From NCBI GenBank assembly GCA_026936335.1, contig JAPMXV010000038.1:62001-126000 (forward strand): 64,000 nt of DNA, given 5' to 3'. The position numbers and the translations under genes were made by a program. The DNA comes from Mantamonas sphyraenae STR306. Lineage: Eukaryota > Protista > CRuMs. Positions 1 through 10,421 of this stretch are shown here, in pieces; the first letter of the stretch is position 1; the number at the start of each line of letters is the position of its first letter. Under the pieces are notes generated by a model, which was not told where the DNA came from, ran no database searches, and worked only from the letters and a program-made list of their open reading frames with translations.

Positions 1-167
1 TCGACACTAGTCTCCAACGGCTGTCCTCCAGCATCCACGAGTTGGGTGATGTGTTGACGGCGCAGATGGCCGAAGCCATGAGCGAGTGTGCAACGCAGTG
101 AAGTGTGATCGTGTGTGTGTGTGTGTGTGTGGTATCATGTTCATACAATGTTCAACTTTCCTTTCCA

Positions 168-3100
168 TCACCGATCCATCACCTCTGCCATGATGGAGCT
201 GAGGTGCTCGTCGTGGCCAATGTTGGACGAAATCGATGCAAGATCGTCGCGAATCTGGTGGAACGACGGCCTGTCTGCAGGGTCGCTTGCCCAGCACGCT
301 TGGATCAGGGTGGCAAAGGGTCCGTGTGCATCTGCACCCACCTCGTCCTGGAACGACGGGTGCTTGAGCCACTTCTTCATCAGGTCCACCTCGTCCATGT
401 GTCCCTCGAAAGGCACCTCGCCTGTGCACATCTCGTGCAAGAGCGTGCCAAAGCTGTACACATCGGTGCGCAGATCGTACTCGGACGGGTCGTCGGCCGT
501 CGTTTGCTCGGGGCTCATCCACTGCCAGGCTCGCCTCCTGCTTGCCCACTCGCGGCTGAAATACTTGGTCTGCATCAGGCCATAGTCCGTCAATTTGATG
601 TCACCACGCGACGTCACCAGCACGTTGGCACTCTTCAGGTCACCGTGCATCACCGGCGTGTGGAAGTTGTGCAGCACAACCATGCCCGTAGCCACCTCTT
701 TGGCCACTTCCAGCACCTGCGGCATCGACAGCTTGCGCTTGTGCTCATGCAGCAGCTTGTACAGATCGCATCCATCCACAAGTTCCATCAGCACGCTGAC
801 AGAGCCTTCGTCAACACACAGGCCAGTGAGGCCCACCAGGTTGGGGCTGTGCAGGAAGCTCATGATTTCCAGCTCGCGCACAAAAGCATCCGCCTGCTCC
901 TGGTTCGTAAACTTTTGCAGGTGCAGCTCCTTGATGGCCACCTTGGTGTAGTTGCTTTCGCCCTTGTACACCTTGCCGTACGAGCCCTCGCCAATCACCC
1001 CATCCTTTGTAAACTCGCCGGGCTTGACCACCAGCCAGCCCATGTTCGGCGACACGTTGATGCTGCTGCTGCCACCCTGGCCCTCGCTGCTTCCCTGCGA
1101 CGCACCCACGTTGGGACTGCCAGGTGCCCCCGGCATCGTCGACACGGTGGTTGACGTGGTGCGTGCCGGCGCAGGCGATCCTGATCGAGACGCGCTGCGT
1201 TCCAGCGCCTCGCCAATCAGCGTCGTCGGCGTGTTGCTGTTGGTTGCGCCTCCACGTGCTGCCTCGGCCTTGTACTTGTCCTCCTCCTCCTGGAACGGAT
1301 CGCGGCCACCTGCCTCGGCTGCAGGCGTGCCCGGGCGTGAGCCTCCGGTTTCGCTCATCTCAATGTCGCTCTTGCCATCGTACTCCTCCTTGCGTGCGCT
1401 GATGCTCCACCAGTACAGCATCTTGAGGACGGCAAAGAGCACACCGGCGCCAGAAAACACACACGAGACGACAGTGATGCCAAACGAAAGCGAGGTCGAC
1501 GGGATCAGATTGAGCAGGGCAATCTGCAGTCCAAGCTGCGGCACATCCTCCACAAGGTTGGATCCCAGCTTCCACTTTTCCAACGACTCGTCCAGATCCT
1601 CGTGGGTGTGCACGTCGTACAGGTGGTTCGGCACGGCCTCAATCATGGGCGAGAGCAGCTTGTACGCGTCCAGGTCGATGATGGTGGCCAGAAACAGCGC
1701 CACGTGGCCTCCTGTAGACAACTTGGAGCCCTTGATGAAGTAGCCCAGCGAGGTTTGATACCGTTCGATGAGTTTAAAGTTGCGGAAGGGCTTGACTTGC
1801 ATGATGTAGGGAATCACAAACCAGAAGCGGAACAGGGCAGGCAGACCCACAACCACAGCCGAAATGATGGCCAGCAGCGGGTTGGTGGCCAAGTTGACCG
1901 TAATGGAGAGGATGTCCGAGAGCAAATCGGCAAACGTGAGCACCTGCTTGGCGTAGAACTTCCACTCCATCTTGGCGTCCGGGTTGTTCTTCTTGTCCGC
2001 ACGATGGCGCAGCCACATGGACACAAGGGCAAAGACGACGTACACAAACATGATCACGGCGTACACAATGGGCGCAGCAATGTTGGAGGTTGACGTCACA
2101 CGCACGCTGATCTCACGCGTGAATGTGAGCGGTTTCAAACTCATGAACACGGGGCCCGTGTTGTTCAGCAGAAAGTTGAAGCTGGCGCGTCCAAACGTGC
2201 CCGACTCCAACGGGGTGTACTCGCCCACCGCCTGTTGCTGGCCGCCGCGTAGCTTGGGTTCGCGCGGCAGCGCCTGGAAGCTGCACACGGCAATGCGCTC
2301 GTTGTTCAGATCCCTGCGATCTGGATCCAACTGGCAGCTCTCGATGACGTCGTTCTGGAACACACTCACCACCATGGCTTCAGTCAGGTTGAACTCGATG
2401 CGCATGGTTTCGCCACGGCCAAACTGCAGGCCTCCGGCTCCATCGATGGGCGTGTTCAGGTCCAGCCACACCTCTTGGGACTTGGGCACGTTGGTGATCA
2501 CCAGCTGGCCACCCAGAGGGGCTTGGCCACCCTCTGCTGGCAGCGAGTCCAGGTGGCGCAGGTAGCGACTCTCCAGGGAGTAATCCTTGCGCTTGGTTGC
2601 GTCCGGCTCGTTGTTGATGGCGCGCGCAAACAGGTTGCCCGTGCGGTTCACAGGCACACGTGCGATGGCGTGGTACTGTCCCTGTGCGGAAAAGTCCTTG
2701 GTGGTGCCCTCGGCGCCGTCTTGTGGCTCACGCTCCCACGAGGTGAGAATGGTCATGGGATTGCCATTGGGAGGCACCCAAAAGAACACGGTGGCTGCCG
2801 AGTCGTCCTGCACACGCCATGCCACGTTGGTTTCGTTGACCACCCGCCCGTTGACGTCTTTGCCCGCCTTGATCACTTGCGAGGCCAGCTCCTGCTGGCG
2901 GAAGGGCACACACTGATCAAGGAGCGTGGCGCCCACGGGTTTGGTGTGGCGCGAAGGACACTTGACGGGCGTCACCGTGCCCGGCGCGCACAACTCGTCA
3001 AAGGCGCACGGCAGACACTCGGCCATGCCGGGGTCGGGTTGGTACGTGTCCACGGGACACGGTCCACACTCGGCTGCGTCGGAGCCAGCCGTTGCGTTGA

Positions 3101-6100
3101 GAAACGTTCCAGCGGTGCAGTTTGTGCATTCGGTCAAACCCGTGGAGGCACCGTACGTGCCCACACCACACGACAGACACAGGGTGGCGCCTGTTGCACT
3201 CTGGTACGAGCCGACGGGGCAGGCGTCGCACGAGTCTTCTCCTGCGCTGTCACTCTTGGTGCCAGCGGCGCAGGGCACACACCAACCGGCACTTGTGGCC
3301 TGTGTGCCGTTGCCCGCCGTGCCCTTGGGGCATGCCTGGCAACTGCTCTGTCCGACGACGCCGTTGTACGTGCCCTGTGCACACACCACGCATGCAGCGG
3401 CCTCACTGGTGGCCTTGGTGGCTGTACCATACTTGCCCACAGCACACGGGGTGCACATGGCCATGCCTTGCATGGGTGCGTAGCTGCCTGCGCTGCAATC
3501 GCTGCAGCCGGTGAGCAGATCGGTGGCACCCAACGTCGTGCCCTGTGTGCCCACGGGACACTTGAGACACGAGGTCTGACCCGTCACACTAGCATACTCG
3601 CCACGCGGGCACAGTGTGCACGCCTGTTGGGCACTGGTTTGTGCCGTGCTGTTGCCATACGAACCCGTGGGACACTGGACGCACGCAGTCTGGCCTGCAC
3701 TGCCCTGGTAGGCTCCCTTGGGACAGACGGCACAAGCATTCGACTCGTTGTTGCTGCCTGTCGCCAAGCCATACTTGCCCGGTGCACACAGTGTGCAAGC
3801 GCCGTTTCCGCTTGTGGTGGTGTAGGCACCACGTGCACAGTCCACACAGCCAGTGGCCGCGCTGGTGGTGCCACTCAGAGTGCCATACTTTCCTGCCACG
3901 CAGCCCACACAGGCACTGGCGCCCTCTACGCCCGAGTATGTGCCTGGCGTACACAGGGGACACGCGCTGTCCCGGCTCACGCCCGCCGTGCGGTTTCCGT
4001 AGCGTCCCACGCCGCACAGCAAACACGCGGTGCTGCCCGAGTCGGGCTGGTAGGCGCCTGCGAGACACACGTGGCACTGACCTGCGTCGGTGTTGCCCGT
4101 GGTGTTACCAAACGTGCCTGGTGCGCATGGCGTGCACGCCGTGTTGCCTGTGCCCGACGCATACGTGCCCTTGGGACACACGTGGCACGCCACAGTCTGA
4201 TTGCTTTGGCCCGTGACATTGCCAAATGTGCCTGCTGCGCACGGCGTGCACGACGACGACGCAGGCGACGATGCATACGCGCCTGCAGGGCAGGGTCGGC
4301 ACACGCCGCCCGTCGTGGCACTGCTTGCGTACGTACCCACCGTGCAGTTGGTACAGGTGGTGGCTCCCGTGGCGTTGACGCCACGTCCATCCGCACATGA
4401 CTGGCAGGCCATCGGTTCCGTACTTGCTCCCACAGCCGTGCCAAACTTGCCTACGCCACACAGGGTGCAAGCAGACACGCCACCAACCATGCTGTACGAC
4501 CCTGCTGCACACTGATAGCATGCCGCACTCTCCACGCTCTGTCCTGTGGCATTGCCAAACTTGCCTGCCGAACACAGGGTGCATGTGGCCACGCCAGGTG
4601 TGCCTGCGTACGAGCCTCGTGCACACGGCGTGCACGTGGACGGTGTCGTGGCGCCGTTGCCGCGCACCAGCGCATTGCCAGCGGGACAGGTGGCACACGA
4701 CGTGGCACCTGTGCCCGGGGTATACTCGGCCCCCGAGGTGACACAGGCGTAGCACGCCGCCGCCTGGCTGGTTTGAGCGCTGGCGTTGCCAAACGTGTCG
4801 TAGGGACAGCGCGTGCAGGCCGTGGAGCCGTTGATGGCGTTGTACGTGCCCGGATCGCACACACGGCACGCGGCACTCTCGTTTGCCGCTCCGCTCACGT
4901 TGCCAAACTTGCCCATGGGGCAGAACGCACACGAGGACGCACTCTGGCCCGACGAGAACGACCCGGCGGCGCACGAGAAGCACGCATTGCTCTCTGACGT
5001 CTGTCCGCTGGCGTTCTGGAACGTGCCCGAGGGACACGACGTGCACACGGTGGCGCCTGCGGCCGTGGAATACGAACCGGCGGGACACTCGCTGCACGCG
5101 CTGGTGGCATTCACACCCTCGATCACGTTGCCAAACGAGCCTGCCGCACACAGCAAACACTGGGCCAACCCTGTGGCGTTGGCATAGCTGCCGCGGTCAC
5201 AGGGCAGGCACGCAGTCAATCCCGTGGTGTTGGCAAAGCGGCCCTCAGCGCAGGGTTGGCACGTTGTCGACGCCGCAGAGCCAGAGAACTCACCCACGGG
5301 GCACGCAAAGCAGGCGGTGGCCAACGAAACACCTGCCGTCACGTTGCCTTTTGTGCCTGCGGGGCAGTTGTCACACTGGCCGAGTCCCGATTGCGTGTTG
5401 TACGTGCCCGGCAAACACGAGGCACAGCCAGTGGCGCCGATTGCGCCTGCGTACTTGCCCGGGTCGCACAGGAGACATGCGCTGCGTCCCGCGCTGTCGC
5501 CAAACGATCCGACGTCGCAAAAGAAACACGCATCATTCTCATTCGTGCGTGCGGTCTGGTTGCCGAATTTGCCCGCGGCACAGCCTGTGCAATCCGACGC
5601 CGACGTGCCGCCCGTGCTGCTGCGGTACGTGCCCTTGGCACACGACAGACAGGAGCTCAGGCCTGTGGTGTCGCCGTATGTGCCCGGGTTGCACGCGGAG
5701 CACACCGCACTCGACGTCGCTCCCGTTGCTGTGGAAAAGGAGCCGAGTCCACAGCCTGTGCACGCACTGCGCCCTGTGTTGCCGTTGTACGTGCCTGCGA
5801 CACAGTCGACACACGACGTCGACCCGGCCACTGCCGTAAACTTGCCTGCAGCACACGCGGGACACGACAACGCGTCTGCCTCTGTTCCTGCTGTGCCTGC
5901 AGCACACAGCGTGCACAGGTGGCCGTAGCTGCCACGAGGGCACGTGCTGTTCGTCGACGTGAAAAACCAGTCCTGGTCGCCGGCAGAGGTCTGGTCGTCC
6001 AGAGCACCCGCCGTCATGCCGGCAAGTGCCAAGCGCACGCCGCTGCTGCCCACACGCACGCCAAAGGCACGATCTTCAGACGGTGTGCCGTATTGCTTGG

Positions 6101-7295
6101 CCCACATCAAGGTTCCGTTGTTTGCATGCACACGCATGAGCGCCACGTCCAGGTTGCCTGCGTTGGTGTTGCCCGCGCCTGGCAGCACTCCTTGCGTGGC
6201 ACCCACGACAAATACACCCACGTCCGACAACGTGGTTATGTCCACGTCCACACCGTACGCATAATCCACGCCGCTGGTGCCAAATTGAGCCACAGGGGTT
6301 TGCAAAACTCCAGCGACAGTCGACACACGCGCAACAAACATGTCAAACGAACCCGACGACGACTGGCCTGCCATTGTGCCCAGAGTGTGGCCCACAACGT
6401 ATGCAACGTTGCTGTTGCTGTCCACTGCCACTGCGTGTGCGTAGTCCACCGAGTTGGTACCAATCATTGTCACCCACTGCCTGTTCCCCGAGTTGTCGTA
6501 TCGGGCCACGTAACCAGACAGACTGCCTGGGTTTGTTGTGGTGGTTGGCAGATTGCCTGTGCTGGTGCCCGTCACGTAGATTTCGGTGGTGCCTACGCAG
6601 GCCACCCCGTATGCGGTGTCGTCTGCACTCGAACCCAGCAGTCGTGTCCACACCACCACTCCTGCCGTGTCGTACTTGATGATAAACGCGTCAAAGGCGC
6701 CGTTGGACGTATGTCCACCCAGGTTGCCCCAGACTTGTCCCACCACGATCATGGCGCCGTTGGTTTGGAAGGCGGCGCCCGTGGCCTGGTCGTTTGCACT
6801 CCCACCAATCAGTCGGCTCCACTGTGTGCTTCCATCTGCGTTGAAAAGCACTGCAAATCCATCCTTGAGTCCCTGATTCGTTGTGCCCGTCAGCGAGCCT
6901 TTGGTCCAGCCCACCACCAGCGCCTGACCAGCCCCGTTGACATCAACTCCCAACGCCACATCGTCAGCACTTGTGCCAAACTGACGCGTCCACAGCAAGG
7001 TGCCCACGGCGTCGTGCTTCATCACCACCGCATCCAGTCCTCCCAATGCCGTTTCGCCGTTCAGCGACCCCTCTGTGTATCCCACGGTATAGATGGAGCC
7101 ATCATTGGCCAATGCCACTCCCTGGGCCACATCCGCCTGACTCGATCCGACCTGCCGCGTGAAACCACGCTGCAGCGCCGGCAACTGCGCCTGAGCCATC
7201 GTGCTCACAAGCGCCAAAATCACAATCACAAAAATCACCACACGGCCCCGTTTATGCTGTGCCGCACCCTCTGTGTCAGTTTTCTCTCGCTTCAT
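168..7295 (-). CDS. Giant receptor-like TKL kinase: signal/anchor, SBBP-type beta-propeller, ~20 Cys-rich GCC2/GCC3 (ephrin-receptor-like) repeats, multi-pass XK-like membrane domain, cytosolic kinase
   Basis: Intronless ORF from ATG 7295 (MKREK...). Hydrophobic N-terminus; repeated W.RQFGTS.DD.A.GV..D blades; CxxCxxGxY repeats (~2960-5945); about 4-6 hydrophobic helices (~1400-2080); kinase motifs GEGSYG, VAIK, HGDLKSAN, TDYG, WMSPE, DVYSFG. Confidence 0.9.
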   Translation of the reverse strand: MKREKTDTEGAAQHKRGRVVIFVIVILALVSTMAQAQLPALQRGFTRQVGSSQADVAQGVALANDGSIYTVGYTEGSLNGETALGGLDAVVMKHDAVGTLLWTRQFGTSADDVALGVDVNGAGQALVVGWTKGSLTGTTNQGLKDGFAVLFNADGSTQWSRLIGGSANDQATGAAFQTNGAMIVVGQVWGNLGGHTSNGAFDAFIIKYDTAGVVVWTRLLGSSADDTAYGVACVGTTEIYVTGTSTGNLPTTTTNPGSLSGYVARYDNSGNRQWVTMIGTNSVDYAHAVAVDSNSNVAYVVGHTLGTMAGQSSSGSFDMFVARVSTVAGVLQTPVAQFGTSGVDYAYGVDVDITTLSDVGVFVVGATQGVLPGAGNTNAGNLDVALMRVHANNGTLMWAKQYGTPSEDRAFGVRVGSSGVRLALAGMTAGALDDQTSAGDQDWFFTSTNSTCPRGSYGHLCTLCAAGTAGTEADALSCPACAAGKFTAVAGSTSCVDCVAGTYNGNTGRSACTGCGLGSFSTATGATSSAVCSACNPGTYGDTTGLSSCLSCAKGTYRSSTGGTSASDCTGCAAGKFGNQTARTNENDACFFCDVGSFGDSAGRSACLLCDPGKYAGAIGATGCASCLPGTYNTQSGLGQCDNCPAGTKGNVTAGVSLATACFACPVGEFSGSAASTTCQPCAEGRFANTTGLTACLPCDRGSYANATGLAQCLLCAAGSFGNVIEGVNATSACSECPAGSYSTAAGATVCTSCPSGTFQNASGQTSESNACFSCAAGSFSSGQSASSCAFCPMGKFGNVSGAANESAACRVCDPGTYNAINGSTACTRCPYDTFGNASAQTSQAAACYACVTSGAEYTPGTGATSCATCPAGNALVRGNGATTPSTCTPCARGSYAGTPGVATCTLCSAGKFGNATGQSVESAACYQCAAGSYSMVGGVSACTLCGVGKFGTAVGASTEPMACQSCADGRGVNATGATTCTNCTVGTYASSATTGGVCRPCPAGAYASSPASSSCTPCAAGTFGNVTGQSNQTVACHVCPKGTYASGTGNTACTPCAPGTFGNTTGNTDAGQCHVCLAGAYQPDSGSTACLLCGVGRYGNRTAGVSRDSACPLCTPGTYSGVEGASACVGCVAGKYGTLSGTTSAATGCVDCARGAYTTTSGNGACTLCAPGKYGLATGSNNESNACAVCPKGAYQGSAGQTACVQCPTGSYGNSTAQTSAQQACTLCPRGEYASVTGQTSCLKCPVGTQGTTLGATDLLTGCSDCSAGSYAPMQGMAMCTPCAVGKYGTATKATSEAAACVVCAQGTYNGVVGQSSCQACPKGTAGNGTQATSAGWCVPCAAGTKSDSAGEDSCDACPVGSYQSATGATLCLSCGVGTYGASTGLTECTNCTAGTFLNATAGSDAAECGPCPVDTYQPDPGMAECLPCAFDELCAPGTVTPVKCPSRHTKPVGATLLDQCVPFRQQELASQVIKAGKDVNGRVVNETNVAWRVQDDSAATVFFWVPPNGNPMTILTSWEREPQDGAEGTTKDFSAQGQYHAIARVPVNRTGNLFARAINNEPDATKRKDYSLESRYLRHLDSLPAEGGQAPLGGQLVITNVPKSQEVWLDLNTPIDGAGGLQFGRGETMRIEFNLTEAMVVSVFQNDVIESCQLDPDRRDLNNERIAVCSFQALPREPKLRGGQQQAVGEYTPLESGTFGRASFNFLLNNTGPVFMSLKPLTFTREISVRVTSTSNIAAPIVYAVIMFVYVVFALVSMWLRHRADKKNNPDAKMEWKFYAKQVLTFADLLSDILSITVNLATNPLLAIISAVVVGLPALFRFWFVIPYIMQVKPFRNFKLIERYQTSLGYFIKGSKLSTGGHVALFLATIIDLDAYKLLSPMIEAVPNHLYDVHTHEDLDESLEKWKLGSNLVEDVPQLGLQIALLNLIPSTSLSFGITVVSCVFSGAGVLFAVLKMLYWWSISARKEEYDGKSDIEMSETGGSRPGTPAAEAGGRDPFQEEEDKYKAEAARGGATNSNTPTTLIGEALERSASRSGSPAPARTTSTTVSTMPGAPGSPNVGASQGSSEGQGGSSSINVSPNMGWLVVKPGEFTKDGVIGEGSYGKVYKGESNYTKVAIKELHLQKFTNQEQADAFVRELEIMSFLHSPNLVGLTGLCVDEGSVSVLMELVDGCDLYKLLHEHKRKLSMPQVLEVAKEVATGMVVLHNFHTPVMHGDLKSANVLVTSRGDIKLTDYGLMQTKYFSREWASRRRAWQWMSPEQTTADDPSEYDLRTDVYSFGTLLHEMCTGEVPFEGHMDEVDLMKKWLKHPSFQDEVGADAHGPFATLIQACWASDPADRPSFHQIRDDLASISSNIGHDEHLSSIMAEVMDR

Positions 7296-7846
7296 GGGAA
7301 TCGAATACGTGTGTTGCACACTTGCACACACCCACAAGGAAACGACACCTCAGCGGGCCCCGCCAGGGTTGGTATGGAGTTCTCGGACCTAGGCGGTTTC
7401 GCAAACGCGTGACGGCCCGATCCAGCAAACCCAGGCACGGAACACACACTGCACGTCTTCCGGCGGGTTTGCCATTGGCTGTGTGTTGTGTACATGGGGT
7501 GTTCCATGAGGCGTGTGTTCTTCCCAGTCACACTCGGAGAGTGTTTTTGGTGGATAGGAACCGCCTGGACACACGACATATTTCAAGCACACAACGCGCA
7601 TTCCGTGTTTCGCACTCCTGGGAACGGAATGCCATCATTGACCACCATTCACACATCACAGCCAGACCAAACGGGAGCCAACACGGCGTCGCCCATTCCC
7701 CCATGCATCCCACAGGCCACACACATCGGACACTGACCATTTTCGACTGAGAGCCCGGTGACGTTTTTCGCTGACCCTGCTGCGCGCGAAACGTCGCAAC
7801 GCAAACCCAATCGAGGACACCTGGTCACTCCTACCCTGAGCAAAAC

Positions 7847-10373
7847 ATGGTGCAAGGGACTTCTCTCAAGACAGTGTTGTGTGCGTGCGTGCTTGTGTGG
7901 AGTCTGGCCTGCTCTGGAGGCTTTGTGCAGGCGCAACAGCACCTTTTTGTGTGTAACACAGACGGCACCATGACCTACCTGAACGGGTCCATGAGCACGG
8001 CGTTTGACGTGTACCAGTCGCTGTTGTTCAACGTCACCGCAAACAATGCACAGGTGAACGGATGTGACCTGCGCAACGCGCTCGTGCTGGGCTCGCAGAT
8101 GCTCATGCCGACCAGCGACGCAAACTACTTTGCCCGCCTGCAATCGGGCTCGGTCCTCCCGCTGGCCAAGCATGTCGGCGACTACGTCAAAATCAGTGAC
8201 ACGCAGGCGTACGTGTACCGCCAGGACGCTCCGCCCTACCTGTCGCTCGTGAGCACGTTTGGTTCCGTGAAGAGCGACGGAAACATCAAACGCGGCATCA
8301 CCAGCGCCGTGTGGGACGCCTCGACAGGGCGCCTCTATTTCACCATGGTTGGCAACGCCACAGTGAACACCGGTCTGTACTATGTTCACCGTGACACCTG
8401 GCAGACTGCGGAGCCCGTGCGCCTGGGCCCTGTGGACATTGAGCTGCGTCCGGGCTGTGTCCTCAACGGCAAGCTGTACGGCATCGGCAGCAGCGCCTTT
8501 ACAGGGCTGGGCTACATCATTTCCTACGACAAGATGACCGGCGTACGCTCCCAAGGTCCGGATGTGTTGACTGCCACGGCAAGTCCGGCCTTTCTGGCTC
8601 CCAACCACCTGGCTGTCCTTTACTCCAGCGACGGAGGCGTCACCCTGCGTGGTCTGCGCTTCTATGGCCTCGATGGCACCCTTCAGAACGATGTGGTGTT
8701 GCCGTCAGGTGTCAACCCGCGCGAGATCCTGCTGTCGGAAACAAACCCGCAGTCGTGGTTTGTGGCCACCCCAACCCCCACCCCCGCACCATCTCCTACC
8801 CCGACCCCGTCCCCGACTCCCACCCCCCAGGGCCTCGCCACGGAAAACTTTGACGACTCGACCCTCGTTCCGTGGCTTAAGTTCGCTTTCGGCACGCGAG
8901 GAAACGAATGCAGCACGCGCTCGGGCAGCGCCGCCTGGGTGTTCACCGGTAACAACCGCTACCTGCAAACGGATGTCATCAGCCCCGGCACATCGACATT
9001 GAGCTTTTGGGTGCGTGCAGGCAGCAGCCTTTTGCCAAACTGCGAAACTCCAGATGCGAACGAGAATCTGAATGTGTACTTCTTGTCATCGTCCGATAAT
9101 GGCGTCATCAGCCAGCATTTCATCACACCCAACATGTCAGGCAACATGTTGGACTTTGTGCAGGAGAACCTGACCGTCACGACATCGCAGTCGGGCTACT
9201 TCCGCATTATTCAGATCTCAAACTCTGGTTCCACCTTTGATGAATGGGCCGTGGATGATATGCAACTCATCACCACAGGCTCGGTGGGTCCCACTCCAAC
9301 GCCCACGCCGGTTGCTCAGCACCCCGAAGATTTTGGAAACTCGGCCTATGTGGCATGGGTTGACCGTTCCCGATGGGGAGGAGCAAGCTTCGACGCCTTA
9401 TGCGGCGCCAGGAGTGTCACGAATGCCATGCGCTTCCGCAATACGGACAATTCGCCGCGCTATGTGCAGACTCACATCATTGGCCCAGGTCTGCATACCC
9501 TGGAGGTGTGGGTCAAGGCGGGTGGCTCAGGCACAAATTGCGAAACGCCCGAAACTGGAGAAACCCTGGACGTTGGCTGGTTCTCTTCGGGAGGCACGCT
9601 GAGGAACATTGTGCAGACGGAGCCATCGGTGGCCAAAAACCTTTCTGCGACGTGTACTGACGATCTCTTCGAACGAAGATGGCTTCTTCCGCGTCTACCA
9701 GTCCAAGTCGACGTGTACCACGTCCGTTTGCGATGTGTGGGTCATCGATGACATGGTGTTGACCACCAACGGCGTGATTACGTCGTCCAGCGGCCCGGCT
9801 ATGACGACGGGAAGCAGCAGCAGCTCGTCCACTCCGTCGGAGCTTAGCACCATGGGCACAAAGATGCTCAACAACGCAAAGAGCTGGAACAGGCTGGACT
9901 CTGTGGTCATGCTCATCGAATCCACAAGTGGCACAGTGACGGTGACCGGTGGTGAGAAACTGAGCATCTCTGGCGGCCGGTACTACAAGCTGGACTATCT
10001 CGAGAAGGACATGAACATCACAGTGACGAGCGGACGCAGCAAGATCCTCACAGTATTCCTGAACGCAACCCAGTCTTCCGCCAAGGGCTATTCGTACTAC
10101 TACTACTCGTCGTCCTCGAGCAAGGAAGTATGCACAACTGGGTCGTCGAGCACAAGCCGAGAGATCTGGCGCATCAGGAACTATAGCACCTACTATGGCA
10201 GTTCATTCAACCGAAGGTTGTACACGAGCGGCTGCCGAAGGCTGTATCAGTGGACGTCGGGAAACTACAAACTCAGTGTGCTGGCCGTGTACAACGCCGC
10301 GAGTACACTCGCCCCAGCCATGGCGGTGTTGTTTGCTGTGGTGTTGGCGGTGATGGGAGTGATGATGGTGTGA
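7847..10373 (+). CDS. Secreted/GPI-type surface protein with beta-propeller-like N-domain, PT linkers and two reelin-like subrepeats (frame break near 9610-9640)
   Basis: Signal peptide; repeats ENFDD...C...F.G..RYLQT...CETPD..E...DEWAVDDM; hydrophobic C-terminal tail without a cytosolic domain. ORFs 7847..9751 and 9609..10373 are continuous in repeat register. Confidence 0.75.
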
Positions 10374-10421
10374 GCGCAGATCGAGACAACAAAGACTTTG
10401 TGCCAAAACCTGTCCGGGTCC

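Noticed and set aside
2475-7412. Long plus-strand ORFs (641 aa, 718 aa) and similar antisense ORFs such as 18507..20885 and 45031..46791
   Set aside because: Antisense shadows of real genes in GC-rich DNA with no recognisable motifs.
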